64,000 nucleotides of DNA from Octopus vulgaris (lineage: Eukaryota), in assembly GCA_951406725.2 (NCBI GenBank), contig OX597817.1, positions 108,314,001 to 108,378,000 on the forward strand. Reading direction: 5' to 3'. Under the pieces are notes generated by a model. That model worked only from the letters and a program-made list of their open reading frames with translations, was not told the origin of the DNA and did no database searches. The position numbers and the translations under genes were made by a program. This document shows positions 38,411 to 51,345 of the stretch, piece after piece (position 1 is the stretch's first letter; each line of letters starts with the position of its first letter).

Positions 38411-38727
38411 ATGTTGAAGGCTGCCCGTGGTACTGAAACCCTCATCCCCAGTGGAATAATAGTAATGACCAACGAGAGAGAAGAAACTCTACTCCGCATG
38501 GAATTACATGGTCAGTTCCACCGTGAAACTAACAAGTTAAAAGACCAGGAAGCATCATGGAGGTGGCTCAGCAAGGGTGGCCATAAAAAGAAGTCTGAAA
38601 GCCTAAACATCGCTGCCCAGGATCAGGCATTGAACACCAAGTCAGGGAAAAGGGATATATACCACATAAGTGCATCGGACCTCTGCAGAATGTGTGGAAT
38701 GAGGGTCGAAAGCGTGACTTACATTGT
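38411..38727 (+). mobile_element. R4/Dong-clade non-LTR fragment (pre-RLE zinc-knuckle region)
   Basis: LHGQF..SWRWL..IAAQDQALNT..DLCRMC..ESVTYI. Confidence 0.75.
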
Positions 38728-40962
38728 TTGGAGAGGGCAATGAGTCAACGACGGTACTGGACTTTAGTTCGTACCTGGATGGCTTGCCGCGGCTCTCGGC
38801 AGCTGACACGAAGCTATGTGAAAGACCGATAACAATCGCTGAAATTTGGGAGGTGATGAGCGATTGCACAAGTTTGCAGATCGCCCGGTTTGGATTGGTT
38901 TGCCCTTCGGGTTCTATGTATTCATGCCAGATTTGTTTGGCGACCTCTTGGCAGATGTCTACTGCAACTGGTAACCGAAAGAGAGGATTACTAGTGCTGT
39001 TAGCAGAGGTGTGGTGACACTGCTGAGGAAAGACGCCGACAATGGGGATGTACTAGAGAATTTTTGGCCCATAAATCTGTTAAACACAGAGTTTAAGATT
39101 TTGGCCAAGGTGTTAGCGAAAAGCTTGGCGCTCGTCGCCGGTAGCCTGGTCGGAGAAACGCAAACGTGCGCAATCCCGAGTAGGTCTATCCCTGACAACC
39201 TCCACCTTATGTGATACGTCATAGAGTGGGCCGGGGCCACAGCTGGTTTCGAGGGTGCTCTGAACAATTTGGACCAATCAAAAGCATTCGATAGGATCGA
39301 CAATCGCTATTTGAAAGCCGTCCTGAAAGCAGGCAGCTCCGGGCCCGTTTTCAGCGACTGGATCGCTGCAATGCGCAGCGGCACCTGTTCAGTGGTCAAA
39401 GTAAACGGCCACCGATCGGATCCGTTTGGCGTCGCACACTCGGTCCATCAGGGATGCCCGCTTTCGCTTCTTCTATATGTGTTGGCACTCGAGCCACAAT
39501 TCCAGAAGCTGGAACAGCTAAGGGGCATCCCATTTAACAAATCGGTTGGTTTGCGGTTGGGCTCCTGGGGAGACAGGACGATGCCGTGAAATGGTGAGGC
39601 GGTCATTCTGTTGCCAGCATCCTCTGAGTGGCAGATTAGGTATACTGTGGCTCCTATTGCACAGACACGCGCTTAGGTTATGCAACCTGAAACGATTTCT
39701 GGAGCGTGTGTGGGCTCCGTTTGTGAGGCTCGTCTTACCTCAGCTCGTCTCCCAGACGGAGCAGCAGTTCTGGGTGAAGAAAAGACTGAGACTGGGCACC
39801 TGGGAACTAGAATGTCGTCAGGAGCCTACAGCCCTCTACCAACGGAATCGGTGGATGTTCCGCTTTAGAAATTTATAGAGGATTAGTGGCGGGGAAGTGC
39901 GACGACGTTCTCAGAGAGACTCTGGGCGCCAACGAGAACGAGCTGGCTAGTCTGATCCAGAGGACTTTCCGGTCGGGAACTATCATGGATAATTTCCAGA
40001 TGTCCTTGGTCTGGCAGTGCTACTGGGGGGCGCTACCGGTTCGAGATAAACTCTGCAGGCACGGTTGTGCTGTCAGACGGACTTGTCCGAGGTAGCGAAA
40101 CCATTCTGTACGCCCACGGTCAGTGTCCGGGATTGCTGACTTGTGGTATGTTGAACTACTGGCGGCGAGCTGGCAGAAACGTTAGCACGCCGGGCGAAAT
40201 GCTTTGCGGTATTTCGTCCACCGTTACGGTCTGAGTTCAAATTCCGCCGAGGTTGACTTTGCCTTTCATCCTTTCGGGGTCGATTAAATAAGTACCAGTT
40301 ACGCACTGAGGTCGATATAATCGACTTAATCCGTGTGTCTGTCCTTGGTTGTCCTCTCTGTGTTTAGCCCCTTGTGGGTAGTAAAGAAATAGGTATGTTG
40401 AACTACTGCTGTCATGTGTGGGACGGATCCGCCGTCCTCCTTCAATCGGGCAGGCAAGGCAGTTTTCCTTTGCCTGGTGGCTGTAGCGAAAGAGGTTGTT
40501 TGATGGACAAGGCTGAGAGGCAAGAGGACAGACATATTCCTCTTTGGTAGAGCTCTCATTGACTTTTTCAAGTCTCACTTGAGAAGGAAATTGAGAGTGG
40601 GGAGGGAAGTGCTGTTCTTGAGTGAGTTTATCGAAAGGTGGGTGACGGTTGCAAAAATGGCAAGAGTGGATGGTACTTCTCTAAGTGTGAGTCGGAGAGA
40701 AGGAATTGGAGAAGGCACTTGCACCTAGGACTCCTCGATTATCTTTTGAGGTTTTCCTGTATCGGGGGGGGGGGGCATCTCTATCATCCCCACCTTTTTG
40801 TTTATACCTTTGTATGCTATGCACATGTCCCTTCTTTTCCAGTGTATACCCTCTATACTTTAATTTTTTTTATTATTTCATTACTATATGTAACCCCCTG
40901 CGCTTTATGTCTGTCTCTGTATTGTCCCCCTCATCCTTCACCCTTGTGGTAAATAAATGAAA
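38728..40962 (+). mobile_element. Tx1/L1-clade LINE, 5'-truncated and internally deleted
   Basis: NFWPINLLNTEFKILAKVLA, DQSKAFDRID, SVHQGCPLSLLLYVLALEP. The YADD region is missing. The 3' tail runs into (ATC)(TTC)n(TTA)n. Confidence 0.92.
40162..40391 (+). mobile_element. Young SINE family B variant with Tx1-like tail (head + one unit)
   Basis: Perfect 17-bp TSD ggtatgttgaactactg at 40145-40161 and 40392-40408. Confidence 0.95.
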
Positions 40963-41003
40963 TCATCATCATCAATCTTCTTCTTCTTCTTCTTCTTCTT
41001 CTT

Positions 41004-41079
<76 letters not shown>
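40963..41079. repeat. Compound (ATC)(TTC)n(TTA)n microsatellite
   Basis: Seen directly. Confidence 0.95.
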
Positions 41080-41081
<2 letters not shown>

Positions 41082-41082
41082 A

Positions 41083-41334
41083 TTGAGTAAGAAAGCATTG
41101 TATGCTATCAAAGCGACACTGGGGAACAAATATACGAAGCCCATCATGACTACCCGTCTGATAAGGGTACATCAGACACATGCATCACAACAATATGTGC
41201 GTGACATGGTGATCTCATATCAAGATAAACAGCACATGACCTTGCAAGTGAGGCCCAGTAAGAATTTTTTTTAGGTCGAGTAGCCCATCCCGCTAAAAAA
41301 ATTCCTGAATAAGGTTGTTTTATGGATGATGAAT
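41083..41334 (-). mobile_element. Non-coding (AAT)n-tailed retro-repeat, 3' part (longer copy 42153-42240 + 44718-45197; internal fragments ~1995-2166 and ~3715-3880)
   Basis: catcatgactacccgtctgataagggtac is contiguous here and split by a LINE in the second copy. Confidence 0.8.
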
Positions 41335-41577
41335 TAATCATTATCATTATTAAGGCGGTGAGCTGACAGATTCGTTAACATGCCCCGCAAAATGCTTAGC
41401 GGCATTTCATCCGTTTTTACGATCTGAGTTCAAATTCCGCTGACGTCGACTTTATCTTTCATTCTTTCGGAGTCGATAAATTAAGTACCAGTCAAGTACT
41501 GGGGGGTCGATGTGATTGACTTTCTCTCTCTATTCCCCAAAATTTCAGGCTTTGTGCCAATAGCAAATAGGATTATA

Positions 41578-41905
41578 GAGGGTTTGTGGTGAAAAGAAAC
41601 GACGTCGTTCTCGGGGAGACTCTTGGCGTCGATGAATTTTAACTTGCCAGTCTGTTCCGGAGGACTTTCGGGCCGGGGACTATGGATAACTTCCAGAAAT
41701 CCCTTGAAAGAAGGGGAGTAGGCTCTTACCCTAGTAGTCGGGGCGCTAGTGGATTTTTCACTGCTTGCCTTTTTTAGGCATTTTCTTTGTTATATTTTTC
41801 ATTGTTATCGACTTTTTAAACGACACTTTATGTAACCCCACTTTGTTCTCCATGTTTTGTAATGTCCAATCTTATTTTCATCGGCTCTTGTGGCTAATAA
41901 AGAAA
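41578..41905 (+). mobile_element. Short, internally deleted Tx1-like fragment in a SINE tail
   Basis: DVVLGETLGVDE..RTFGPGTMDNFQKSL joined directly to a 3' UTR ending cttgtggctaataaagaa. Possible TSD aggattat. Confidence 0.7.
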
Positions 41906-42240
41906 GGATTATTATTATTATTAAGGTGGCGAGCTGGCAGAATCGTTAGCACGCTGGACGAAATGCTTAGCGGTATTTCGCCTGTCGTTACGTTCTGAGT
42001 TCACATTCCGCCGAGATCGACTTTGCCTTTCATCTTTTCAGGGTTGATAAATTAAGTACCAGTGAAATTCTAGGGTCGATGTAATCGACTAGTCTCCTAC
42101 CCACAGATTTGAGGCCCTGTGCCTCCAGTAGAAAGGATTATTATTATTATTATTGAATGAGAGAGCAATGCATGCCATCAAAGTGACACTGGTGTAAAAT
42201 ATACGAAGTCCAGTATGCCCATCATGACTACCCGTCTGAT

Positions 42241-44717
42241 CAACATCATCCTTCGACCAACTTATAGTTGGTCAAAACTCCATTGACAATCCTTTTCCAC
42301 ACAGATATCTACTATCCAGCACTGAGTCCCGATATATAGTATCTGGGAATGTCAGTTTCCTGGAGAAAACACTTTCAGAGGGATGCCATAGGATCAGGGA
42401 TGAGATAACCTCTTTCACTGCTTGATGACAGTAGCCAGCAAATTGTAGCCATTTCTGCTTCAGCTTGAGGGATATTGGTATCAAATTTCCGTAGATTTTA
42501 CTAAGTGCTGGGTGCGATCTCTAACTGATGTTCTGTATCTTTCTGAGCAGTTTGGTATATGTTCCATCTAGTTGTTTTTCTAAGAGCCGATAAGGTCCAG
42601 GTCTCTGATCCACAGAGAAGGACCATCTCAATCAGTGTTCTAAATATTTTAACTTTTAACGTGGTTGGAAGGTCTGAGTGCCAGATCGTATCAAGTCTGT
42701 TACATGCATTCCAAGCAAGAGCTTTGCGGATGCGAAAGTTCTTTTGGGAGTCTACTATGTGTGATCCAAGATATTTGAAGTCGTCAACGTTTTTGATTGA
42801 TATATTATTGAACGATTTAAGTTCAGTTAACTTGGAGGAGGTTGTGATAAACTCTGTCTTACTCTCGTTGCAGTAAAGGCCGACCTGGTTTGCTGCTTTC
42901 TCCAGTACTTGTAACAAAGGTTCTGCATCTTTAATACAATGGGATATCAAGGCAAGATCGTCAGCAAAGTCAAGATCAGACAAATATTGTGCACAATGCC
43001 AAGTGCTCTGACGGCGTTTCAAAAGGAGTGCCTTTTCCTCCATACCGTCTAGGGAAATGCGTAGAACATAGACGAGAACAATGATGAACAAGAAAGGAGC
43101 GAGTGTGTCACCCTGCAGAACACCTCCTTCAACTTCAAAGAAATCAGTCTCTTCATCAAGAGGTACAACTGTGGCAGTGGTGTTTGTGTACAGCGCTCTG
43201 ATAGCATCAGCAATCCTGGGAAGAATATCATAGAGTGCAAGGATTTTAAACATAAGATCTCTGCTGATGGAATCAAATGCTTTGCGAAAGTCGACAAAAC
43301 AGATTGAGATGCTCTTGTTAAACTCTTTCATTTCTTTCGGTATGCGACGGATGGAGAGAATTTGAGCAGTTGTTGACCGGCCTCTTCTAAATCCATTCTG
43401 ATTCTTACGAAGCGGATCGAGCATAGGTACACTATTAAGCAGAAGTTTCTTAAAACTTCTTGCTGCCATTGGGATCAACGTAATGCCTCTATAATTTGCT
43501 GCACTTGTTAGATCACCATTTTTTTGGGACAGGGACAATTTCGCTCTTTAATCAAACTGATGGAGGCAATTGATGTGCATATGTGTCGTTGCAGAAACCT
43601 AGTAAGGTTTCATGAAATATTGGATCTTTCTACAGTAAAGTTGGTATGTTATCGAGTCCTGGAGATTTATTGTTAGCAAAACTACTGAGAGCTACTTTGA
43701 GCTCATCCAATGTGAAAAGGTCCGTGTTGATGTCTAATAATATTTGGTGTAGAGGAAGTGGAAGACCGCTTGTTTGTGGTGCTTCTGCAAGAAATTTCTG
43801 AAAGTGGTCAAACCAGTTGGCCTTGCGCTTCTCAGAGGAACAACATTTAAGCCTGAAGTGGGGAGGGCTTAAATTTTCTTCCAGTTAGTGTTTATTAATT
43901 CCCATACTGCAGCATGTTGCTTTGCAGTATGCAAGTTTTGTAATTTTGTTAATCTCAGCTAGAATGTAATCTGTTTTTACATTGGCATATGCCTCATCTT
44001 GTGTTCCTTGAGCTTTAGAAGCATCTTTGAAGTTATTTTTAGTAAGCCTCTGTTAATGTCTAAGTTTCGATCTTTCTAGATGCTTCCTTGCTTCTCTCAC
44101 ACGATCATCTGCATGAATTGATCTGGGCTTTATTCTTTCCTTCTTTGGTAGTTTTAAAAGGGCAATATCTTCTGTGGCTGTAACGTAGTTATTATATTGT
44201 GTTTCAATGTCGCCAGGGTTCTCTGAGAGCATTTCAAAACGGTTTTTAACATCTGTTGCTAATGAGTGCGCTACGATTTTATCTGATGATACTTTGGACC
44301 AGTCCACCTGAGTCATGGGGTTTGGGACTGGTGGTTTTGATGATCTAAGGCTGAGAACAGTGCATAAAGAAACAACTCTATGATCTGAGCCAACGGATGC
44401 GAAGGAGGAATATGCCTGTTTATTTCGGACACTGATCTACTTGTTTCTCACAAGTCAATTTGTGAATAAGATCCAGATGGGTTCTGGAATGTCCAAGGAA
44501 GCTGTGAGAAGGGACATTTTCCATTACTCCCTTCAGATTGTAGCAGAACTTGTCTGCAAGTTTCTCATAACTTGTGTTAGTTGGGCAGTAACACGCAATA
44601 AATGTGGTTTGAGGGTTACTACTCAGCTCGGCAACAATTATGCGGTCAGAGAGCAAGTTCCCTGAGGCTCTTGGAGACAGGAGAATACCAACACCACCTA
44701 TAGTGGAGCCCTGGGAG
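42241..44717 (-). mobile_element. RTE-clade LINE, 5'-truncated (partial APE endonuclease + RT)
   Basis: GGVGILLS..CYCPT; NYRGITL, QNGFRRGRST, FVDFRKAFDSI, GVLQGDTLAPFLF, DFADDLAL, FKYLGS. TSD cccgt[c/g]tgat at 42231-42240 and 44718-44727. Confidence 0.92.
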
Positions 44718-45222
44718 CCCGTGTGATAAGGGTACACCAGACACATACATCACAACCATATGTGTGTGACATGGTGATCTCATATCAAGATAAACAGCGC
44801 ATGGCTTAGCAGGTGGGGCCCAGTTAGAATTTTCTGCAGGTCGAATGGCCCATCCCGCTCAAAAGGTCCCAAAATTAAGTTCGTTTAAGGATGATGAAGA
44901 AAACACCCATGTTTCCTGAGGTGAATGATTCAAGCCCCAAAGAATACCTCTCAACACATTTCTTTGGTGCTCCTCCACTCCGTGTGCGCGTAATCAGTAA
45001 TGCACATATCATCAGCCACCAAGGGAAAGCTCAACTTGTTCAGGTCAAGCAACTGACAAGCAAATGTGTGGTATTAAGCAGAATATTTGCTGTAGCCCAT
45101 TTTTTATACTAAGACAAAACATGTACATGATAACACTTCCAATGGGTTAAAATCAAAAGCCATGAGAACCACTGCCTCGTACTGCATCAGGACATTTATT
45201 ATTATTATTATTATTATTATTA

Positions 45223-45254
<32 letters not shown>

Positions 45255-45351
45255 GTCAATAGGAAGAGCGCGATTCGATTGTATTATTTTATTAGTTGAA
45301 CGATATTTCAACAGTACGTCTGTCTTATCGAATCGCGCTCTTCGTCTTGAC
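45255..45351. repeat. Hairpin-forming inverted repeat between (TTA)n tracts
   Basis: gaagagcgcgattcgat ... atcgaatcgcgctcttc (17-bp perfect arms), extended by gtcaa/ttgac. Confidence 0.9.
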
Positions 45352-45414
45352 TGTTTACCTTTGTGAAGAGTTACGTCAATCCTCTTTTAAAATATTATTA
45401 TTATTATTATTGTT

Positions 45415-45447
<33 letters not shown>

Positions 45448-45452
45448 GCGTC

Positions 45453-45544
<92 letters not shown>

Positions 45545-45589
45545 CATACAACAGATTAGATTGTTTGAAAAGAAAAATTCGTAACAAGT

Positions 45590-45860
45590 AACCTAACTGT
45601 CTCTAGCAACGCTGTACTAAACTGGGTTTTATGCCTATTTCCTCTATCCATCTGTTCAGATCTTTAGGGATAGTTCCTAATGAACCTATAACAAATGAGA
45701 TTCATTTTACCCGCACTTTCCATAGTCTCTAGAATTCAATAGCTAGGTCCTGTAATTTGCTATTTTCACTATACCTCTCGTATTGATTTTCTCATCATTT
45801 GAGACGGTAAAGTCAATTACCTGGCACTTTCCGTTCTCTTTATGTACTACTACTAAATGT
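45590..45860 (-). mobile_element. R4/Dong-like RLE fragment (related pieces at ~47640-47800 - and ~60730-61000 +)
   Basis: KCQVIDF..YQDLAIE..LWKV..VIGSLGTIPKDL. The 60730-61000 piece reads ILKSQLSSRNVITAINS..RKTRKLL..IDRLYIKR. Confidence 0.65.
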
Positions 45861-46297
45861 TATATTTCTTACTTTCTAGTACTACGTTATCAATATATAT
45901 TATCATTATCAGCGGTATTTCTTCCGGCTTTTAACGATCCGAGTTCAAATTCTGCCGAGGCCTTTTATCTATTCGCATCGATAAGATAATGTATCAGTCA
46001 AATATGGGGGTCGAAGTCATTGACTAGCCCTCTCCTCTAAAATTGCTGGCCTTGTGACGGCAATTTGAAATAAATATTATGATAATTAATTAAGGCCTCA
46101 AGCTGGCAGAATTGTTGAAACGTCGGAAAAAGTGCTTTGCTCATTTGTATCGGTTCCTTATATTATGAGGTCAAATTCTTCCGAGGTCAGTTTTGACTTT
46201 CATTCTCACACCAGAATCGTCAATAAAACAGAATTCCATTCAAGTCCTGGAATTGAAGGAATTGACTAAACTACAAACCACAAAATTGTTGCCCTTA

Positions 46298-47608
46298 GGG
46301 TTGTCAGTCTACTCAGAAACAGTCTGTGAGGAAATTATCCCTGAAAGGTCGAGCAGAGGTGGCGAATGCATATAACGCCTCCCTAATAATTCACCGCCTG
46401 ACCCGTAAGGCTTATTCCAGTCGACATTTGTTTAGATTGGAGAGTTTACTTTCCGATTCCTGTGGAAAGGACTCACTCCACTGGTCCATCTGTTGCCAGC
46501 ATTATCTAGAAGTTGGGCTTGACACACACAGCTGTGCCACTCATAGATTTTCTTGGGCAGTGAGCCGGTGTGGTCTACATTTGTAAGATGCATCTTTCTG
46601 CAGCCCATCTCTTTAACGGAGTTGCAGTCACCAAATGTCTTCTGGAACATCGTTAGGTGCCTTCTGGAATGTCATCAGGCGCTTATGTCCTCTATCAGTC
46701 GGGCAATGCGGTCGGCGGAAATTCTACGTAAGCAATATATAGAAATCTAGTGGTGGGTAAGAGCGATGACATTCACGAGGAAAAACTCGGCGTCGACGAG
46801 GATAAACTACCTGGTCTGTTTCGGAGGACTTTTGGGTCCGGTACTACAATCTATAACTTTCAGAAGTCCCTGGCCTAGCAGTGCTACCGCGGAGCACTTC
46901 TGCTTTGAGATAAACTCTTCAGGCACGGAAGCGCTATGTGCACAGAGTGGCGAAACCATACAATTCGCACTCGTGCAGTGGCTGAGCATTGCTGACTTGT
47001 AGAGTTATGTCGAACAACAGTTGTCGCGTGTGGGACAAATCCGACTATTGGTGGAATCCATCGTGAGGGTCGCCCCACTACCTATCTCTAACAAGGCAGA
47101 CAGGCAGTATTCTTCAGTCTAGTGGCTATGGCGAAAGAGGCTTTGAGGTGGCTGAGACTGAAAGGATTGAAGAAAGACTCCGTCCTCTTTGGTCAAGCTG
47201 TCATCGACGTTTTAAAGTTTCACTTGGAGAGGAAAGTGAGGGTGGGAAGGGAAGCGCAACCTTCCAGTGAATTTGTGAAAAGATGGGTGACCGGTAAAAA
47301 TGGTTGGTGCTACTCTAAGCATGCACCTGTAGATTGGAGGAAAACAGTTGGGCAAGGGGCTCGTGCCTCTGGTGCCTCCTTGATCTGTTGGGGTTCCTTA
47401 ATTTGCCATTGTTGGCGTTTCTCCTGTATCAGGTGGGCTGCATCATTCATGTTATCACATACTTTGTATTCTGTGTATACTTATACTGCATTTCCATATT
47501 TTCTTTTCAGTTTTCTCTTCATTTTTCTTACGCGATTCCCCTTGCAAATTCTTTACAGTCCTTGAGATGTCCTCCTCCCCTACGTCCCTGAGGATATTAG
47601 AAGAAATC
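46298..47608 (+). mobile_element. Tx1/L1-clade LINE 3' part, decayed
   Basis: RKLSLKGRAEVAN, MAKEALRWLRLKG..FHLERKVRVGRE..FVKRW. Paralogous to 6128-7995. Confidence 0.85.
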
Positions 47609-48642
47609 AACATCGTTGTTGTTGTTGTTGTTGTTATTATCATATCTGACGTACTAAGTTTGTCGCTGGAGGTATCAACGTACTAGCTGTTTCTCTTCTG
47701 TGAATTGAGGTGGTATGTTCTCTTCAAGTCTTGAGGACTTTCTGGAGACTTCTTGCACTGCCAAGCGATCCTGTTTGAGATGTATTCTATTTTAATTTTT
47801 ATATCATTTTTTTCAACCACTTTTTATTATCTTTTGCTCACGGTAAACAGAGTAGCAACAATTATTGACATAATAGAAGCTTTCTTTTTGTCATTGACCT
47901 TAGATTTTTGATTTCTCTCCCATCTTCTTTGTCGATGATTCTTCTATCCTCAGACACTCGATATATGCAAACAGGTACAAGTTTCTATTATTATTATTGT
48001 TGTTGTCGCTGTTGTCGCTGTTGTTGTTGTTGTTGCTGTTGTTGGTATTATTTAAAGCAAGATTCAACTTCCTTGGCCTTTAGTAAAATAGTAAAGAAAA
48101 AGCTGCAGAGTTTAGAGTGTTTATTCATTTTAATCATTGAAACCTAAGGAGCTTTTATGAAGGATTAGGTTTCCATAATAGCTTGATTAAGTTAGTGCTT
48201 TCGTAATTGTTGGCATTCTGGGCAAGCTAGGGAAAATGTGATGTAGTATAAAGGCCAGTTTCCTCTATTTCAGAACAGAAGTGAGAGACAAAACAAGAGG
48301 ACAAAGAAAATCCCTTGAAGCACAACAACATTTAGTTGTAAGCATAGTTTTAAGTATGCGGGATTAATGCAAATAATAATTAATATAAATTGTTTCATGT
48401 CCTTGGATGGAGGGAAATGCCGTGTGAACACTTGAGATATGCACATAATTAGTTGAAGATCAGAGAAGATAGATAAATGAAGATGGAAAATTCAAGAACT
48501 ACAAAGTGTACTGTTAGCAAAATGAAAGTGCCGGAAAGCATTTTAGCAGCCGCAGAAGAGACACAAAGATGTCACATCTCATGAGTATGGATCGATAGCA
48601 GGAGAAGGCTTACTATTCGATAATTGAACTTTGTTTAAAATA

Positions 48643-48707
<65 letters not shown>

Positions 48708-48735
48708 GCTATGTGTCTGTCTGTCTCTCTGACTC

Positions 48736-48800
<65 letters not shown>

Positions 48801-48801
<1 letters not shown>

Positions 48802-49924
48802 GGATCAGCTGAGAAGTTCATAGGCAGACCAAGATAGTCTCATGGAATATGACCAAATAAGGTTTATTTTTCAACATAGTCACTCTTGCAGTCCACACAC
48901 TTCTTCCATCGGTGTTGTAGTGCTTGGTTCCCATTGATAAAGAGGCTTTCATCTGCTGGTTAAAAAGTCATTGACAGTAGCTATGACATCATCATTAGTG
49001 TAGTATTGGCTCTAGGCCAAGTGTTTTTTCATGTTGAGGAAGAGATTATTGTCTGATGGGGCAAAATTAGGAGAATAAAGTGGGTGATCAATCAGTTCAG
49101 AGCCACAGTCACACAAACACCCATTGAAATCAACGACTTGTGCACTGGACCGTTGTCCTGATGAAACATGACCCCTTTCATCAGTTTTCCTAGACATTTG
49201 ATCTTGATGACTTTTCGTAACTGCCTCAGCAAGTTGGCATAGTAGTCTCCTTTGATGCTGTGGCCCTTTGCAGATAGTCAATAAGCACAGCGCCTTTTGC
49301 ATCTTGGCTATCACCTTCTCTAAAGATGAGACGACCATAGCATTCTATGGAGCATGTGAGGAGAGGTGTGTCCATGTATGGATTGTCTCTTTGTCTCTGG
49401 CTCAAAGTGATTAACCCAACACACATCCTGAGTTAGCAAACGTTCAAAGAAACCGGCTGTATTTGCCTAAACAATGTCAGATGTTCCCGTTATGTGATCA
49501 GCCTGGTACTCTTTTGATCAGGTGTCAGAAGACGTACTCATCGAGCAGAAACCTTCGTCATGCCAAGTTCATTGTGCAAAATATTTTCAACTCCCTCACA
49601 GGATATGCTAATAGCATTGGCTATTTGATTTATAGTCTATTTCCAGTCATCCATCACCATATGAACACGACTGATATTTTTCCACGGTAGTTGCAATTGC
49701 TGAACGTCCAGACCTTGGGTCATCTTCAAGACTCTCTCTTCTAAATTCAGCTGCCCACTTTTCCATTGTCGCTCCTAGTTACTTTTGCAGTTTTCTTTTA
49801 AGAGATATCAATTAGAAAGAAACAATGCAGCTATTAAGAAGATTTGAAATTAATGTAAGCAAGATTTCACAGCTCTAGCATCACTCCTTCATAATCAGCT
49901 TATGAACTTTTCAGTCCACCCCCG
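48801..49924 (-). mobile_element. Full-span decayed mariner (DD34D)
   Basis: TIRs ..ctgagaagttcatagg / agcttatgaacttttcag..cgTA. FWDSQD..IDYL and HPLYSPNFAPSD..LF..MKKHL motifs. Confidence 0.85.
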
Positions 49925-49931
49925 TATGTGC

Positions 49932-49976
<45 letters not shown>

Positions 49977-51221
49977 TGTGTGTGTGTATGTGTGTGTGTG
50001 TGTATTATGTAATGTTTATAACACACATACACACTCACGCACGCACACGCATAATTATCGTTTTATGCATCTGTGTGTGTCAGTGTAAATGCACGTGTGA
50101 GAATACAGCTTCCTTTTTTAAGCAAGTGGTGTTGAAATCACGATTGTAACTTATTCTTGAAAATGTTTTCGAATTTGCAGGTTTGTATTTTTTATTGTAC
50201 AACACAGAAAATGTATAAGATGTCTGTTTATAGTGTTCATCATTCTCACAACCTGAATATCATGAATTTGTCCTCTTTTATTTCCACGATTTGAAAGAAC
50301 ATTATCCATTTATCTTATACGATTTCACTGAATATCGTTCGTTGTACTTGTGCAATAGGAGTAATATGTCATATAGGATATATATCTGTAGTAAAAGCTT
50401 CAGATAAGGCGTCTATTGAGGAATGATTGTTATCTTTGAATTGATATAGCTTCCTTAATCGTTTTGCCTAGCTGGTTTTATGAAGGATTTTGGTGTTACT
50501 TTTTAACTTTTTTTCCTAAGAAGAGCATCGTTACGTATTTTAGCAAAGCATGTTGCAGATAGTAAGCTGGGTCACTATCTGCGCAGTTTAATATACTGAG
50601 CTGGTAGAATCGTTAGCACGCCGGGAAATTTGCTTAAAGGCTTTCCATCCGTCTTACCTCTTGAGTTCAAATTCCGTTGAGCTTGACTTATTTTGGGGTC
50701 AATAAAATAAGTATCAGTTGAGCAATGGGGTTGATATAATCGACTTTCCCTACCACGGAAATTGCTGGCCTTGTACCAACATTTGAAACTGATATCTGCA
50801 GTTTGACATGTATAATATCAATCGGAAACAAACACAAACGGATACACATACACACGTAGTATTGTATATTGGAGTTCGAATACTGTCTTCATGACAACAA
50901 TAATTGATGACATCGTTACGTATAAAGTCTTTCGATTTCTGTATTTCCAGCGAGCACTTGTATAACTTCAAATAACAAATAAAAACAGCCGTCTCCATGT
51001 ATTTGGCAAACTGGGTTATGCTGTACATTCAGTAACATGCTCATGATAAGTGCATTTCGTTTTTTAGCTCCCGAAATTTTGCATCTACAAATTGAAATCA
51101 CAGTAGTACTTTCTAATTTTGGTTAGTCGATTTCATCGATCCCTTTGTTTAACTGGTACTTATTTTAATGCGTGTGCTGACAATTCGTAGACAGATAATT
51201 CGCCGACAGACAATTCCCACA

Positions 51222-51345
51222 CGGCCTCAGACTCAACACGGAGGCCTACATCAAGTGCCTGGAGGAGGTTGTGCTGCCCTGGATCAAGAGAGCGGCTGCT
51301 GGAAATACCCTTTGTCTGTCAACAGAACTGTGCACCATATCACAC
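51222..51345 (+). mobile_element. Tc1/DD37D transposase fragment
   Basis: GLRLNTEAYIKCLEEVVLPWIKR, homologous to the VYVKMLEERVLLW segment at ~24180. Confidence 0.65.

Noticed and set aside
42501-43538. 345-aa ORF as an active reverse transcriptase
   Set aside because: Flanked by frameshifts and stops, endonuclease truncated, non-ATG start. This is a dead RTE copy.
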